Shown one piece after another: positions 9,644-18,641 of a stretch of DNA of 64,000 nt. The position numbers and the translations under genes are program-made. The DNA comes from a virus: the IMG/VR virus record IMGVR_UViG_3300027792_000010; one strand, written 5' to 3'. Position 1 is the stretch's first letter. Every line of letters begins with the position of its first letter. The notes under the pieces were generated by a model. The model made no database searches and was not told the DNA's origin. It saw only the letters and a list, made by a program, of their open reading frames with translations.

Positions 9644-9755
9644 TGGTGGTAGAGAGAGGATTTGAACCTCTGTACCCCGAAGGGAGCGGATTTGCTAAGT
9701 TCACCGCTCGGATGAACTTAACAGTCCGCCGCTTTTTCCACTCAGCCACTCTACC
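9644..9755 (-). tRNA. tRNA-Tyr(GUA) with 27-nt insertion in the anticodon (9694-9720)
   Basis: Tyr-type body (G1-C72, A73, V arm CCC-TTCG-GGG); removing 27 nt restores GCGGA-CTGTAAA-TCCGC. Confidence 0.85.
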
Positions 9756-9770
9756 GTTAATTTAAAAAAT

Positions 9771-9856
9771 TGGTGCGTTCGAGAGGACTTGAACCTCCAC
9801 GGGTATATGCCCAGTAGCTTTTGAGGCTACTGTGTCTACCGTTCCACCACGAACGC
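9771..9856 (-). tRNA. tRNA-Leu(CAA)
   Basis: Class II, loop CTCAAAA, CCA encoded. Confidence 0.95.
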
Positions 9857-9868
9857 AAAAAAGGTTAG

Positions 9869-9951
9869 TGCGGATGATAGGATTCGAACCTACACAGGAT
9901 GACTCCCAATAGAACCTCATTCTATCGTGGCTACCATTACACCACATCCGC
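9869..9951 (-). tRNA. tRNA-Leu(GAG)
   Basis: Class II, loop ATGAGGT. Confidence 0.92.
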
Positions 9952-9970
9952 ATATAAAATATTTTCTAAT

Positions 9971-10195
9971 TTAGAATCCTCTATTAGTTCCTTCTCCAGG
10001 AGGTACAAACATCATCCCCGGCATCCATCCAACATTCTTAGGGGTTTTATTTGTGCCTTTAGGAGCTAAGTCACTATAGGAGGAATGAATAGCTTTAGTG
10101 TTTTGAGTAGGAACTATATCGCTACTCTCAATATTATCTCTTGTTGTTATATTCTGTTTTTGAACCAAATTCATTAATTCCTGTACTTTAGACAT
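9971..10195 (-). CDS. hypothetical protein (~74 aa)
   Basis: Start moved to MSKVQ after AAGGAG; the longer track ORF overlaps tRNA-Leu. Confidence 0.6.
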   Translation of the reverse strand: MSKVQELMNLVQKQNITTRDNIESSDIVPTQNTKAIHSSYSDLAPKGTNKTPKNVGWMPGMMFVPPGEGTNRGF

Positions 10196-10210
10196 CTTAT
10201 ACTCCTTAAT

Positions 10211-10295
10211 TGCTAGTAGAGGGGCTCGAACCCACACGGGGAAAATCCCCACAAACTTCTAAGGCTTGCGCGGCTACCAGTTACGCCATACTAGC
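10211..10295 (-). tRNA. tRNA-Leu(UAG)
   Basis: Class II, loop CTTAGAA. Confidence 0.93.
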
Positions 10296-10322
10296 ATAAA
10301 AGATATTAATCGAAAATTAAGA

Positions 10323-10467
10323 GGGTCTTATACGAGTTATCAGAGCGTTAATGAAAGCTTATAGGCTTTTGCGGTTACCATTTCGCCATCCCTGCGTAAA
10401 GATGCAGGGACCAGGATTCGAACCTGGAAATTTTAATGTATGCTCGTAAAGTTAGAGTATAAAACCC
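10323..10467 (-). ncRNA. circularly permuted tRNA-like RNA (YrlA/Y-RNA-like architecture)
   Basis: Order T-arm (CCAGG-TTCGAAT-CCTGG), TCCCTGC-A, 7-nt linker, GCAGGGA, D-arm, hairpin; all closed by the 11-bp stem GGGTTTTATAC/GTATAAGACCC. Confidence 0.7.
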
Positions 10468-10487
10468 ACTTAATACTCGATTATTTT

Positions 10488-10563
10488 TGGAGGCGGTGAT
10501 GGGCCTCGAACCCACATACTCGGTTTTGCAGACCGATGCATGAACCTATTCTGCTACACCGCC
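10488..10563 (-). tRNA. tRNA-Cys(GCA)
   Basis: U73, loop CTGCAAA, CCA encoded. Confidence 0.95.
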
Positions 10564-10779
10564 CTATTTATAGATGGGCTATATTCCTGCGGAGCAATAC
10601 TGCTCGTACAGGAATGTAGCCATTTATTTAGAAACAGTTATTTCCGTTTCACAAAGTGCTTATTACATCGAACCATGACTGTCAAAGAACTTAAAAACAA
10701 CCTACCAGATCATATAGCACCTTGGCGTAACCTCGCCTACCACAACTCCGATCTGGCCCAGGGGCACTGCCGGGCTATG

Positions 10780-10965
10780 TTATTTCATAGTTTCTGGTTG
10801 TATTTTAATTACTCGTACCCTATCAAGTCTTTTACGTATCTTATCTTCAGGGAGCATAGAAACTAATCTTCGTGCCTCCGCTTTACTCAGACAAATACGT
10901 TTCTCTATAATTCCATCTATCAATTCTTTAGCTTTCTTATCTTCTATATCCATATTATCCTCCAA
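10780..10965 (-). CDS. hypothetical protein
   Basis: ORF track; GGAGG RBS; first gene after attenuator 1. Confidence 0.6.
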   Translation of the reverse strand: MEDNMDIEDKKAKELIDGIIEKRICLSKAEARRLVSMLPEDKIRKRLDRVRVIKIQPETMK

Positions 10966-10973
10966 GTACTAAA

Positions 10974-11010
10974 ACAAAAAACCCCGCTTCAGTTTCCTGG
11001 GCGGGGTTTC
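10974..11010 (-). terminator. attenuator 1 intrinsic terminator
   Basis: AAACCCCGC...GCGGGGTTT hairpin followed by TTTTTGTTTT. Confidence 0.9.
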
Positions 11011-11037
11011 GTATTTTTTCTGGTTTACCAGTTTACG

Positions 11038-11151
11038 TCAAGTTTTCCCACCCACCACTATATTATTACAGAGTAAATATGACAATAACCATGCGGCTGC
11101 TGTATGCAGCTTGGTCATTGTCGAACATAGTGTAGAATGGACTTTTTTCAT
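11038..11151 (-). CDS. attenuator leader peptide 1 (37 aa) MKKVHSTLCSTMTKLHTAAAWLLSYLLCNNIVVGGKT
   Basis: Lies between promoter 11180-11208 and terminator; contains antiterminator TGGGTGGG (11047-11054). Confidence 0.85.
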   Translation of the reverse strand: MKKVHSTLCSTMTKLHTAAAWLLSYLLCNNIVVGGKT

Positions 11152-11179
11152 TTTAAATACCTATTACCTTTCAATTTAT

Positions 11180-11208
11180 AATATACCATTTTGTAGAACC
11201 AAGATCAA
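11180..11208 (-). promoter_or_regulatory. sigma70 promoter of attenuator 1 (TTGATC-N17-TATATT, TGG before -10)
   Basis: Same architecture as the other three attenuator promoters. Confidence 0.85.
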
Positions 11209-11641
11209 GAAAATATTTCAGAATCTTTTTTGAGCCACATTTCCTTTAGGCTTTTTATGGCTTCCGTGCATATAGTGTTGTTTACTGAATTTTTCTCCAT
11301 AAGGGATATGAAATTCCAGGTTGTTTTTAATTCTTCCCTGGTTTTGCTACCAAGGACCATCCGTGCGGCTTTATCGTATAGGTCCTGTTCCATAATGGCT
11401 GTAATTACTCCTCAACTTTTAGATACTTCCTCAGCTTATTTGCTGCCAGGATGTATTGCTCTCTTAACTCATGAAATATTTTATCATTGATTTCTTCGAA
11501 TCTTGAGTAGTGTATAAAGGTATAGTCAAAACCTTCCTGGCCTACTCTCTGTGCTACTTTTTTTCTATCCTCTTCTTTCATAACAGCTCCTTTTAATTTT
11601 AAAATAGGGCTTTAATAATATACTTTTTTAAATGATAGAGA

Positions 11642-13063
11642 TCAAATTTTGTTTTTTATAGTTTCTACTAAATACTTTATCCTTTTCTCCTGAATGTCTC
11701 TAACTTTTGGGTCTGACTCCACTACCGTATTATGTATATAGCAAAACCAAAATAACTCTTCGTGGAACTTCTCCAAGTCTTTATACCACTTTTCTACTTT
11801 TGGATCAACATACTCATGATGTCTTTCCCATTTCAAATCAACATATGAAACCCAGTCATTTAACGATGAAGGCTTTGGCATCCCTCTTTTTACGCATTCA
11901 GTGTATACATCGGTATTGGGAGTAGGTATCAATTTTTTTATATTTACCTGGGCCATCCCATTCTCTAATAACAAATTAATCATTGTAATATACGTGCATT
12001 TTATGTCTTGTAAGGTTTCTTCTGGAAATCCCGCTATGAAATTGTAATTTACTATGATATCAAAATCTCTTAGTCTACGATTGATTGTAAGAACCATATC
12101 TGTTTTGTGCTTCTTACCAATTATTTTTAGCATCCTATCAGAACCAGTTTCAGCACTTATCCCTATAGTTTTTATTCCGCATTTTTGTAAAAGTTCTATA
12201 TGGATAGGTAACATATTATATAGTATCGTAACGGGAATAGATACATATACTTCAAACTTAAGATTAGATGCTATTATTGCTCTAATGTAATTCATAGCAT
12301 TTGTATTAACAAAAAAGTTATCATCAGCTATAACTAATGCTCTAAATCCTATATCCCATATATTCCTTAGATGCCTAATCATATTGTCTATACTCATGCA
12401 TCTGAATTTTGTTCTAAAGTTGTTCTGTACGCAATAGTAGCAGGAGAGGGGACATCCTCTCGTTATTTCTATGGTGGCTACTTTGTCTGAGCTAAATTTG
12501 TAAAAAGGATTTGTAGTAGGATTCTGAAATTTATCTAATGATAAGTCTTCGTAAGACAAAAGTGGTAATTCATCTAAATCAAAGTTCTCTGGATCTGCCT
12601 CTGTCTTTTGTACTTTTCCTTTTACTTTGTAGTAGATACCTGGAATTTTACTCAAATCTTCTTTATGCTGTATACTTAGTACTAACTTTGTTATCGTTCT
12701 TTCAAACTCACCAACACAAACTATATCTATATATTCATTCTCAATAGTTTGTTCTGGGGTGAGTGTCGGATGTATTCCTCCCCAGATTATAGTAATTCCT
12801 GGGTGCTTTTCTCTTATTTGTTTTGAAAGAGTGAGGGCCTCAGATATTTGAGGCCCTGTCATAACGCTAAACCCGCAACATACCGTATCATCTTTTATAT
12901 GGTCCTCAATATCATCTACAAGATCGATATTTGCGAAACCACTTGAAGTACAGTAAATCTCTGAAGATATGTTGCTCTTCTTAAGTATCGAGCTTAGGTG
13001 TAGTAATCCTAATGGAGGAGAACTTAGAGGATTATCTTTACAGGGGTAAATAAATAGTACCAT
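11642..13063 (-). CDS. cobalamin-binding radical SAM protein (class B methyltransferase-like)
   Basis: PLGLLHL and GGIHPTL B12-binding region; TRGCPLSCYYC; DDNF. Confidence 0.9.
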   Translation of the reverse strand: MVLFIYPCKDNPLSSPPLGLLHLSSILKKSNISSEIYCTSSGFANIDLVDDIEDHIKDDTVCCGFSVMTGPQISEALTLSKQIREKHPGITIIWGGIHPTLTPEQTIENEYIDIVCVGEFERTITKLVLSIQHKEDLSKIPGIYYKVKGKVQKTEADPENFDLDELPLLSYEDLSLDKFQNPTTNPFYKFSSDKVATIEITRGCPLSCYYCVQNNFRTKFRCMSIDNMIRHLRNIWDIGFRALVIADDNFFVNTNAMNYIRAIIASNLKFEVYVSIPVTILYNMLPIHIELLQKCGIKTIGISAETGSDRMLKIIGKKHKTDMVLTINRRLRDFDIIVNYNFIAGFPEETLQDIKCTYITMINLLLENGMAQVNIKKLIPTPNTDVYTECVKRGMPKPSSLNDWVSYVDLKWERHHEYVDPKVEKWYKDLEKFHEELFWFCYIHNTVVESDPKVRDIQEKRIKYLVETIKNKI

Positions 13064-13066
13064 TAA

Positions 13067-13510
13067 CTATCTCCACCAAGTTAATAAAATAGGCCCTATA
13101 TGGATGCCCTCACACCATTTGTACACTGTGCCTATATTTTTTCCATCTATAGGGCGTGTTACTATATGACAGCCGAATCCCCAATCAAACGGGGTGAAAT
13201 GGATTCCAACATCATTTATCTTATCATATACCTTATACCACCACTTTTTTTCTTTCTCTTTCCTCTTATTCTCAAACTCTGTATACTTTTTGTCTTCTAC
13301 ATATACATCGGGCTCTGCAGCTTTCATCTTGTCTAGTAACTTAATGATGTCCTCAAGATGGCTGTCAGAGAAGTCAAAACAAATCCCAGTACCCTCATCA
13401 TCCGCATTTCCCTCATCTACTTTAAAAGGCTCCCAGATTGTATATCCAATTCCATCAGGATACTTAACTTTCTCTCCACGCATTTTTCCAGATTTATGTA
13501 TATTTCTCAT
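13067..13510 (-). CDS. hypothetical protein
   Basis: ORF track; coupled to neighbours. Confidence 0.65.
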   Translation of the reverse strand: MRNIHKSGKMRGEKVKYPDGIGYTIWEPFKVDEGNADDEGTGICFDFSDSHLEDIIKLLDKMKAAEPDVYVEDKKYTEFENKRKEKEKKWWYKVYDKINDVGIHFTPFDWGFGCHIVTRPIDGKNIGTVYKWCEGIHIGPILLTWWR

Positions 13511-13734
13511 TTCATCCTAGCTTTATAATAAGGCCAAAAACTCTCATCAGAGGGATTCCACAATCCTTTGTAGTCGCTGATATTCCAGGATTCAAAATAC
13601 TTCCTGTAGGTTTTTCCGTTTGGAATATCGTGAGTATGACGAATAATACGGTTGGCATAGTTTTTAATAAAACGCTTGTAGGAACTCCCTTCATTGCAGG
13701 ATTCCCAGAGATGCTTTTTGTATGAACGAGACAT
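13507..13734 (-). CDS. hypothetical phage protein
   Basis: ORF track; AAGGAG RBS. Confidence 0.65.
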   Translation of the reverse strand: MSRSYKKHLWESCNEGSSYKRFIKNYANRIIRHTHDIPNGKTYRKYFESWNISDYKGLWNPSDESFWPYYKARMK

Positions 13735-13772
13735 ATGAAACTCCTTGTTAAGGTGCTACATATAGTCCTCCT

Positions 13773-14054
13773 TTAGTCAGTTAATGATGTATCTACTTCA
13801 ACACTATGAATAAACCAATTCATATATATATTTAATTCATAAATCATTCTTTCTGTTACCGACGGTACCTTCTCCCGTATTTTGTTAAAGCACTGTTCTT
13901 TATTAATCTTTAACTCCAAATAAGAAAAATGGACCTCGGTATTCGGGTCCTTACATTTAATACAAAATAATTGATTTCTTCTTCTTAGAGAATTATCGAC
14001 GCTTCTATCGTAGTAGGTAAACCAAAAACTTCTATCCCACCGACTGTAGGCCAT
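13773..14054 (-). CDS. hypothetical phage protein
   Basis: ORF track; AAGGA RBS. Confidence 0.65.
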   Translation of the reverse strand: MAYSRWDRSFWFTYYDRSVDNSLRRRNQLFCIKCKDPNTEVHFSYLELKINKEQCFNKIREKVPSVTERMIYELNIYMNWFIHSVEVDTSLTD

Positions 14055-14324
14055 GTCAATCCTTTTTGTATTTTATCTTGATAATATTCATTATGTAGTC
14101 ATATCCGTCTTCTGTATGAGGCAAATTACATTCCGAACAATATTTTATTCCATTATCCAAGGTCTTGTAATTTCCTCCACAATCTGAAAACGGATAACAT
14201 GGACAAAAACAAAATAAACAATTGATTTCTTTAAACTTATGACATGGGTAGTATCCGCATCCCAGATTAGTGAAAAACTAGTAACTACTCATAGTCCTGA
14301 TTCATAGTCCATATGAATAGATCA

Positions 14325-15191
14325 TTAAAATAGAATACTCCCCTCATTATCCCATCTTGTGTATAGTTTACAGTTCGGTCTAAGGACCAGATATTTGACG
14401 GGTCCTACTGCCAACCCTGTACTCATACTATTTGAGTCTATTACCGTTGAGATACCTTTATAGCTATATCTAACAGCCCCAAAAGGCAACTTCTCCAGGG
14501 GTTCACCATTTCTTAGAATAAAGTCATCCAATTCTTTTTTATTTTTATACTGGTGCTCATTGATCCATATATTCTGAGGAAGAGTCTCATCTCCCGAAGT
14601 ATATAGACATCGGAAAGTTATTTGATCTGCTCCTAATCTTTTTGCCCTGTTAAAGAATTCTTCGAAACCCACATAATCATAGACACTACTCATGTTCAGA
14701 GATAGTCTGAGCATAAATCCGTTAGTCTTAATTATGCGACATAAATCTTCCATATCGAATCTAAACGATTGCAGTGTGCCCTCAATCTCGGCATTGCTGT
14801 AACTATCAAATAGGTCAGCTACACTCAAACTGATCGTAGAAACTCCTATATCTTTAAGAAACATGAGCTTTTTTTCATCAAGACCCACACCACTGGTTTG
14901 CAGTTCTATCAAGCGGAAGGGAGATGTAAGCTTATTATTCAGTTGAGAAAACTTATTAAGAAAAGCGGCATTCAAAGCGGCTTCACCCTCTCCTGTGAGT
15001 ATTGCACAGTTACAATGATTGTCACGGGCAAAAGCTAACCTGTACATATACGCTTGTTCATATCTTGCTTGTTCAAGGTGGTGTCCGGTAAGAAGATTAG
15101 TATAAGGACTATCGTGCATCTGACTCACACAGAATTTGCATTTGTTGGGACATTTACCAGGGACACAGATCGACAGACTTTGAATTTCCAT
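14325..15191 (-). CDS. radical SAM protein
   Basis: CPNKCKFC motif; LTGEGEA. Confidence 0.88.
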   Translation of the reverse strand: MEIQSLSICVPGKCPNKCKFCVSQMHDSPYTNLLTGHHLEQARYEQAYMYRLAFARDNHCNCAILTGEGEAALNAAFLNKFSQLNNKLTSPFRLIELQTSGVGLDEKKLMFLKDIGVSTISLSVADLFDSYSNAEIEGTLQSFRFDMEDLCRIIKTNGFMLRLSLNMSSVYDYVGFEEFFNRAKRLGADQITFRCLYTSGDETLPQNIWINEHQYKNKKELDDFILRNGEPLEKLPFGAVRYSYKGISTVIDSNSMSTGLAVGPVKYLVLRPNCKLYTRWDNEGSILF

Positions 15192-15254
15192 TAAGTACTC
15201 CTTAGTTTAATTCCCAGTAATATACTTTTTTGGAATAGGGATATCAAATTTTTG

Positions 15255-17303
15255 TTAAATTTTGTAAGAAGTATAACTGTTCTTCTCTGTTACCACTATG
15301 TGGTCTGTTTTTCCAGCTATCTTCAAGAACTTCTTCCTGCACCTCTCACAAGTGTTGAATCTCACAAAAATTGCGGGTTGATCATCACATCGGATGTTGT
15401 ACCCACTCCAGGCATCCTCTGAATTCAGAAGCTCAGGATCATGTTTTTTTGCAGTCCACCAAGGGTTTACTACCATCTTTAAAGGATCTACATCATTAAG
15501 TATAGAATTTCCATGATATAATGTCCTGTTCTGATTAAGATAGAGTAGCATCTGTTTAGGTATCTCTTTATCTGATACCCCAAAGAAAGCCATAAACTGC
15601 ATAGCATCTATAAATTGCAAATAGTATTTATTCTTAGACTTGAATGGGCACCATCCGCATGTGTCATAGTTTACAGCATAGTTAATTATACGTATATCAT
15701 TATATCTATTACTTAGACCATTAACTTTTCCTATTCTTGTACACTTAGTCCCGCTGGGAAATTTATCAGTAGCCCAAAATAAAATGTTTTCTTCACTGGA
15801 TGGACTTTCATCCTCGCAAAATCCTCCACCTTTTACACCATAGTTTCCCAGAGGGTAGGCAAGGTCTTCAAAAGCTTTTACTATGAATTTGTCTTTATCT
15901 GGTGCCCTATCTCTTACAATCTCTTCTATCCTTTTTATCACACTCGGAAAGTTCTTACCAAAATCCTCCCACAACTCTTTCTCTAAATTTTTCGATTCTT
16001 GTTTCCTCTTCTGATATACCAGATGACCTTGGGCCTGCTTTAGAGAGGAAAGACTTTCTACAGGGAAAACAGTAAGGTCAAGCTTCTCAATGGGTAGCTT
16101 TTGAACGAGAGTCGCTAAGTAGGCTCCAGACCCTTCTGTATAGCTATCATAAGAATCGATAAAGTTTGGACTCCAGGATAGGTCCAAACTGTGAACTGAA
16201 GGTATATGAGGTTTATACTCTGCAGGAAGATTATCATTCACATGTTCAGATAGCTGCGGCAGCAGAAAACCCAAAGATACTGCGGGGGATACTTCATCAA
16301 GTACCCCATCATCTCTGAACTGTCGTATACACTCATCAGCAAAATACTGACTCCATAGTTTTACTATATCTTTTTCATCATCGAACTTCGCTATTACTCT
16401 GAAAGGAAATTCTTTATCCTTAACAGCCACGTCTTTATCTTCTGACTCTTTATTGAAAAACTCTAATACAGTTTCCGCAGGAAGAAAAATGTTCTCAATG
16501 GACATCCACAACCACCTGGCTCTTCCTTCTTCTCCTTTTGAGGAATTACGATATATCTGTTCACGATAGCTGTGTTTACCAAAATCTATCAGGTATCCAT
16601 CTTCTTCTGTTCTAAAAAGAAGATACATGGATAGCTCTTCCATTTTTCCATAGGGGACATTCGCTACGAAATAAACTCCAGGCTTTGCTACATGTGCCAT
16701 CTGTATGATCTTGTCAGGGGAGTTTGTATAGATGATGCGGTTATCAAAGCTCAAAGTCTGCATACGGAAGGGTTTATTCTGTATCGGTATCTTTGAGACT
16801 ATGAAAGCATTTTCCCCAAAATGCTGTAGCTCATAACTCTTAGTATGAGACAGTATCTTAAGGACTTCTAATAAATCTTTATCATCTTCTATAAACTTTG
16901 TATCCTTAACACCTATACTTTCAAGCAATGACTTTGCATGTCCTTTGAGTACATCTCCTGCTTGATACAGTTTATAGAGTTGATCTACTGTTTCTTTCAA
17001 AGCATGGTCATCACTGCCTTTGTAGGTTCTGATGTCTATTTCATATTTAACAGTTTGTGAGAAATGAAGGAGAAAGAGGGATAGGAACAAATCCTCGAAG
17101 ACTTCAGTACAGAATCCCTTATTTAGAAACTCTGATAACTTTTTATAATCATACTCATAGGAACCAATATGAGTAGAAAAAGAGCCAGTAATTTTACTAT
17201 TTTCAATCTTCTTAAGTAGATCTTTGTAGGAGTTTTGAAAATCCTCTTGCACTATTCTTTTTGCTTCCTCAAGGTTCATAACTAATTTATTTATAACTTT
17301 CAT
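15255..17303 (-). CDS. large hypothetical protein (682 aa)
   Basis: Long ORF; no family recognised. Confidence 0.85.
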   Translation of the reverse strand: MKVINKLVMNLEEAKRIVQEDFQNSYKDLLKKIENSKITGSFSTHIGSYEYDYKKLSEFLNKGFCTEVFEDLFLSLFLLHFSQTVKYEIDIRTYKGSDDHALKETVDQLYKLYQAGDVLKGHAKSLLESIGVKDTKFIEDDKDLLEVLKILSHTKSYELQHFGENAFIVSKIPIQNKPFRMQTLSFDNRIIYTNSPDKIIQMAHVAKPGVYFVANVPYGKMEELSMYLLFRTEEDGYLIDFGKHSYREQIYRNSSKGEEGRARWLWMSIENIFLPAETVLEFFNKESEDKDVAVKDKEFPFRVIAKFDDEKDIVKLWSQYFADECIRQFRDDGVLDEVSPAVSLGFLLPQLSEHVNDNLPAEYKPHIPSVHSLDLSWSPNFIDSYDSYTEGSGAYLATLVQKLPIEKLDLTVFPVESLSSLKQAQGHLVYQKRKQESKNLEKELWEDFGKNFPSVIKRIEEIVRDRAPDKDKFIVKAFEDLAYPLGNYGVKGGGFCEDESPSSEENILFWATDKFPSGTKCTRIGKVNGLSNRYNDIRIINYAVNYDTCGWCPFKSKNKYYLQFIDAMQFMAFFGVSDKEIPKQMLLYLNQNRTLYHGNSILNDVDPLKMVVNPWWTAKKHDPELLNSEDAWSGYNIRCDDQPAIFVRFNTCERCRKKFLKIAGKTDHIVVTEKNSYTSYKI

Positions 17304-17472
17304 TGTATCTCTTTAATCTCCTAAAATATAAGTATAATTATCCAAGACCTCATTTACTTCTTCTATGCTCATGCATACATAGTGAGATATCTCAGCTACT
17401 GAAGCACTCTGTAAGTACATAGTAAGTATTTCCTCTATACGCTCTCTGGTATAGAAAGTGCCATAATATATC

Positions 17473-17661
17473 TCACTCATTGTTGCTCACAACTATTCTG
17501 TTTGGTCCATCGAAACACGACCGTTGTAGTAGCACGTTAATATGCGAGTGCTTAAATCCGCGCTCTTGTTCGATAGCTCGTTTTAGCTCATCCAAGTCTA
17601 ATACAACGCGATCTTGGTTGGCATCAACAGAAAGCTTAATAGAAATTGTTTTGTCACTCAT
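17473..17661 (-). CDS. hypothetical protein
   Basis: ORF track; overlaps the upstream stop. Confidence 0.5.
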   Translation of the reverse strand: MSDKTISIKLSVDANQDRVVLDLDELKRAIEQERGFKHSHINVLLQRSCFDGPNRIVVSNNE

Positions 17662-18631
17662 CTTTTTCCATCATGCTGTAAAAGTTATAAATGCCCTCCG
17701 CTGTCGGATATTCGTCTTCTTCCAGTTCGCGATCTTCACTCACTTCTTTTATAACCTCTTCAGTTTTCTTTAATATACCTTTTGCTAGTATAGCGTGTAA
17801 ATCATATTCTCCAAACTGGGAACCTTTACCGCATTGAGGAGCGTACATTACCCGCATAAGGCGAAGTGCCGTGTTAAAAGCGAAAAGGTCTATTACATCT
17901 TTGATAAGCACCACATTACTCATATCTTTCAGTACTGCTTCAAGATACAATATCCCGTCTAAGAACTGATTATTTCTCACTCCTGCTTCTCCGTTAAAGA
18001 AGCTGAATACCTCGTTGTCTTTGGATTCTATCTCTATACTTCTCATTGTCCTTTTTCTGATTATTTCTTCTTCTGTTGAATCAGACCTATCTATTTTATA
18101 GATCACTTCTAATATATCCTTATTTTTCTTAGCCTTTTTAAGGCACTCCTCAATTTCATTTTTAAAAGTGTTATTGTTAGGGATCAGCTTTCTTTTCAGT
18201 ATCCTGTCAGTAATCGCATCATAAAATTCCTCGTGCATAGCCATAAATCCTATGGCTCTTTTACCACCATAAAAAAGCCTTTCGCGCTCTATTAGTTCCT
18301 GCAGACTATATATATCTTTTATCTCAGTGGGACCATCGCTGTCCTTCCAATCTTCTATAGTAAGCTTTTTATCTTCTAATAGCTTTTGAAAGCACTTAAC
18401 AGTCAGGGCCATACTTGAAGTATCATCAACTTTTTCCAGGGTGCCATAGTCATTATAGGTTCCTCGAATGGGAAGCCCTGAGACCTGGAACATATCACTA
18501 GGGTAGTAATAACATATTGGAATTTTGTAATTGCCATAGTGAGCTACTTCTGCAATAGGTAAGTATACGGCTCTATCACCATAAGTAATTGGTAGATGAG
18601 TAAGAGCACAAGTTTCATTCCAGCACCCCAT
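17654..18631 (-). CDS. hypothetical phage protein
   Basis: 325 aa, MGCWNETC start, GGAGG RBS. Confidence 0.8.
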   Translation of the reverse strand: MGCWNETCALTHLPITYGDRAVYLPIAEVAHYGNYKIPICYYYPSDMFQVSGLPIRGTYNDYGTLEKVDDTSSMALTVKCFQKLLEDKKLTIEDWKDSDGPTEIKDIYSLQELIERERLFYGGKRAIGFMAMHEEFYDAITDRILKRKLIPNNNTFKNEIEECLKKAKKNKDILEVIYKIDRSDSTEEEIIRKRTMRSIEIESKDNEVFSFFNGEAGVRNNQFLDGILYLEAVLKDMSNVVLIKDVIDLFAFNTALRLMRVMYAPQCGKGSQFGEYDLHAILAKGILKKTEEVIKEVSEDRELEEDEYPTAEGIYNFYSMMEKDE

Positions 18632-18641
18632 ACGATCCTCC

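Noticed and set aside
8339-10866. ORFs 8339..8599, 9125..9343, 9762..9953, 10540..10866 (also 38360..38590, 60854..61066)
   Set aside because: They overlap tRNA genes or attenuators and are artefacts of GC-rich RNA genes.
11063-11151. Alternative leader-1 frame giving an Ile/Val-rich tail (..MVIVIFTL)
   Set aside because: It arises only by miscounting the A6 run after ATG; the ATG-initiated frame is the 37-aa Leu/Trp/Tyr/Cys peptide.
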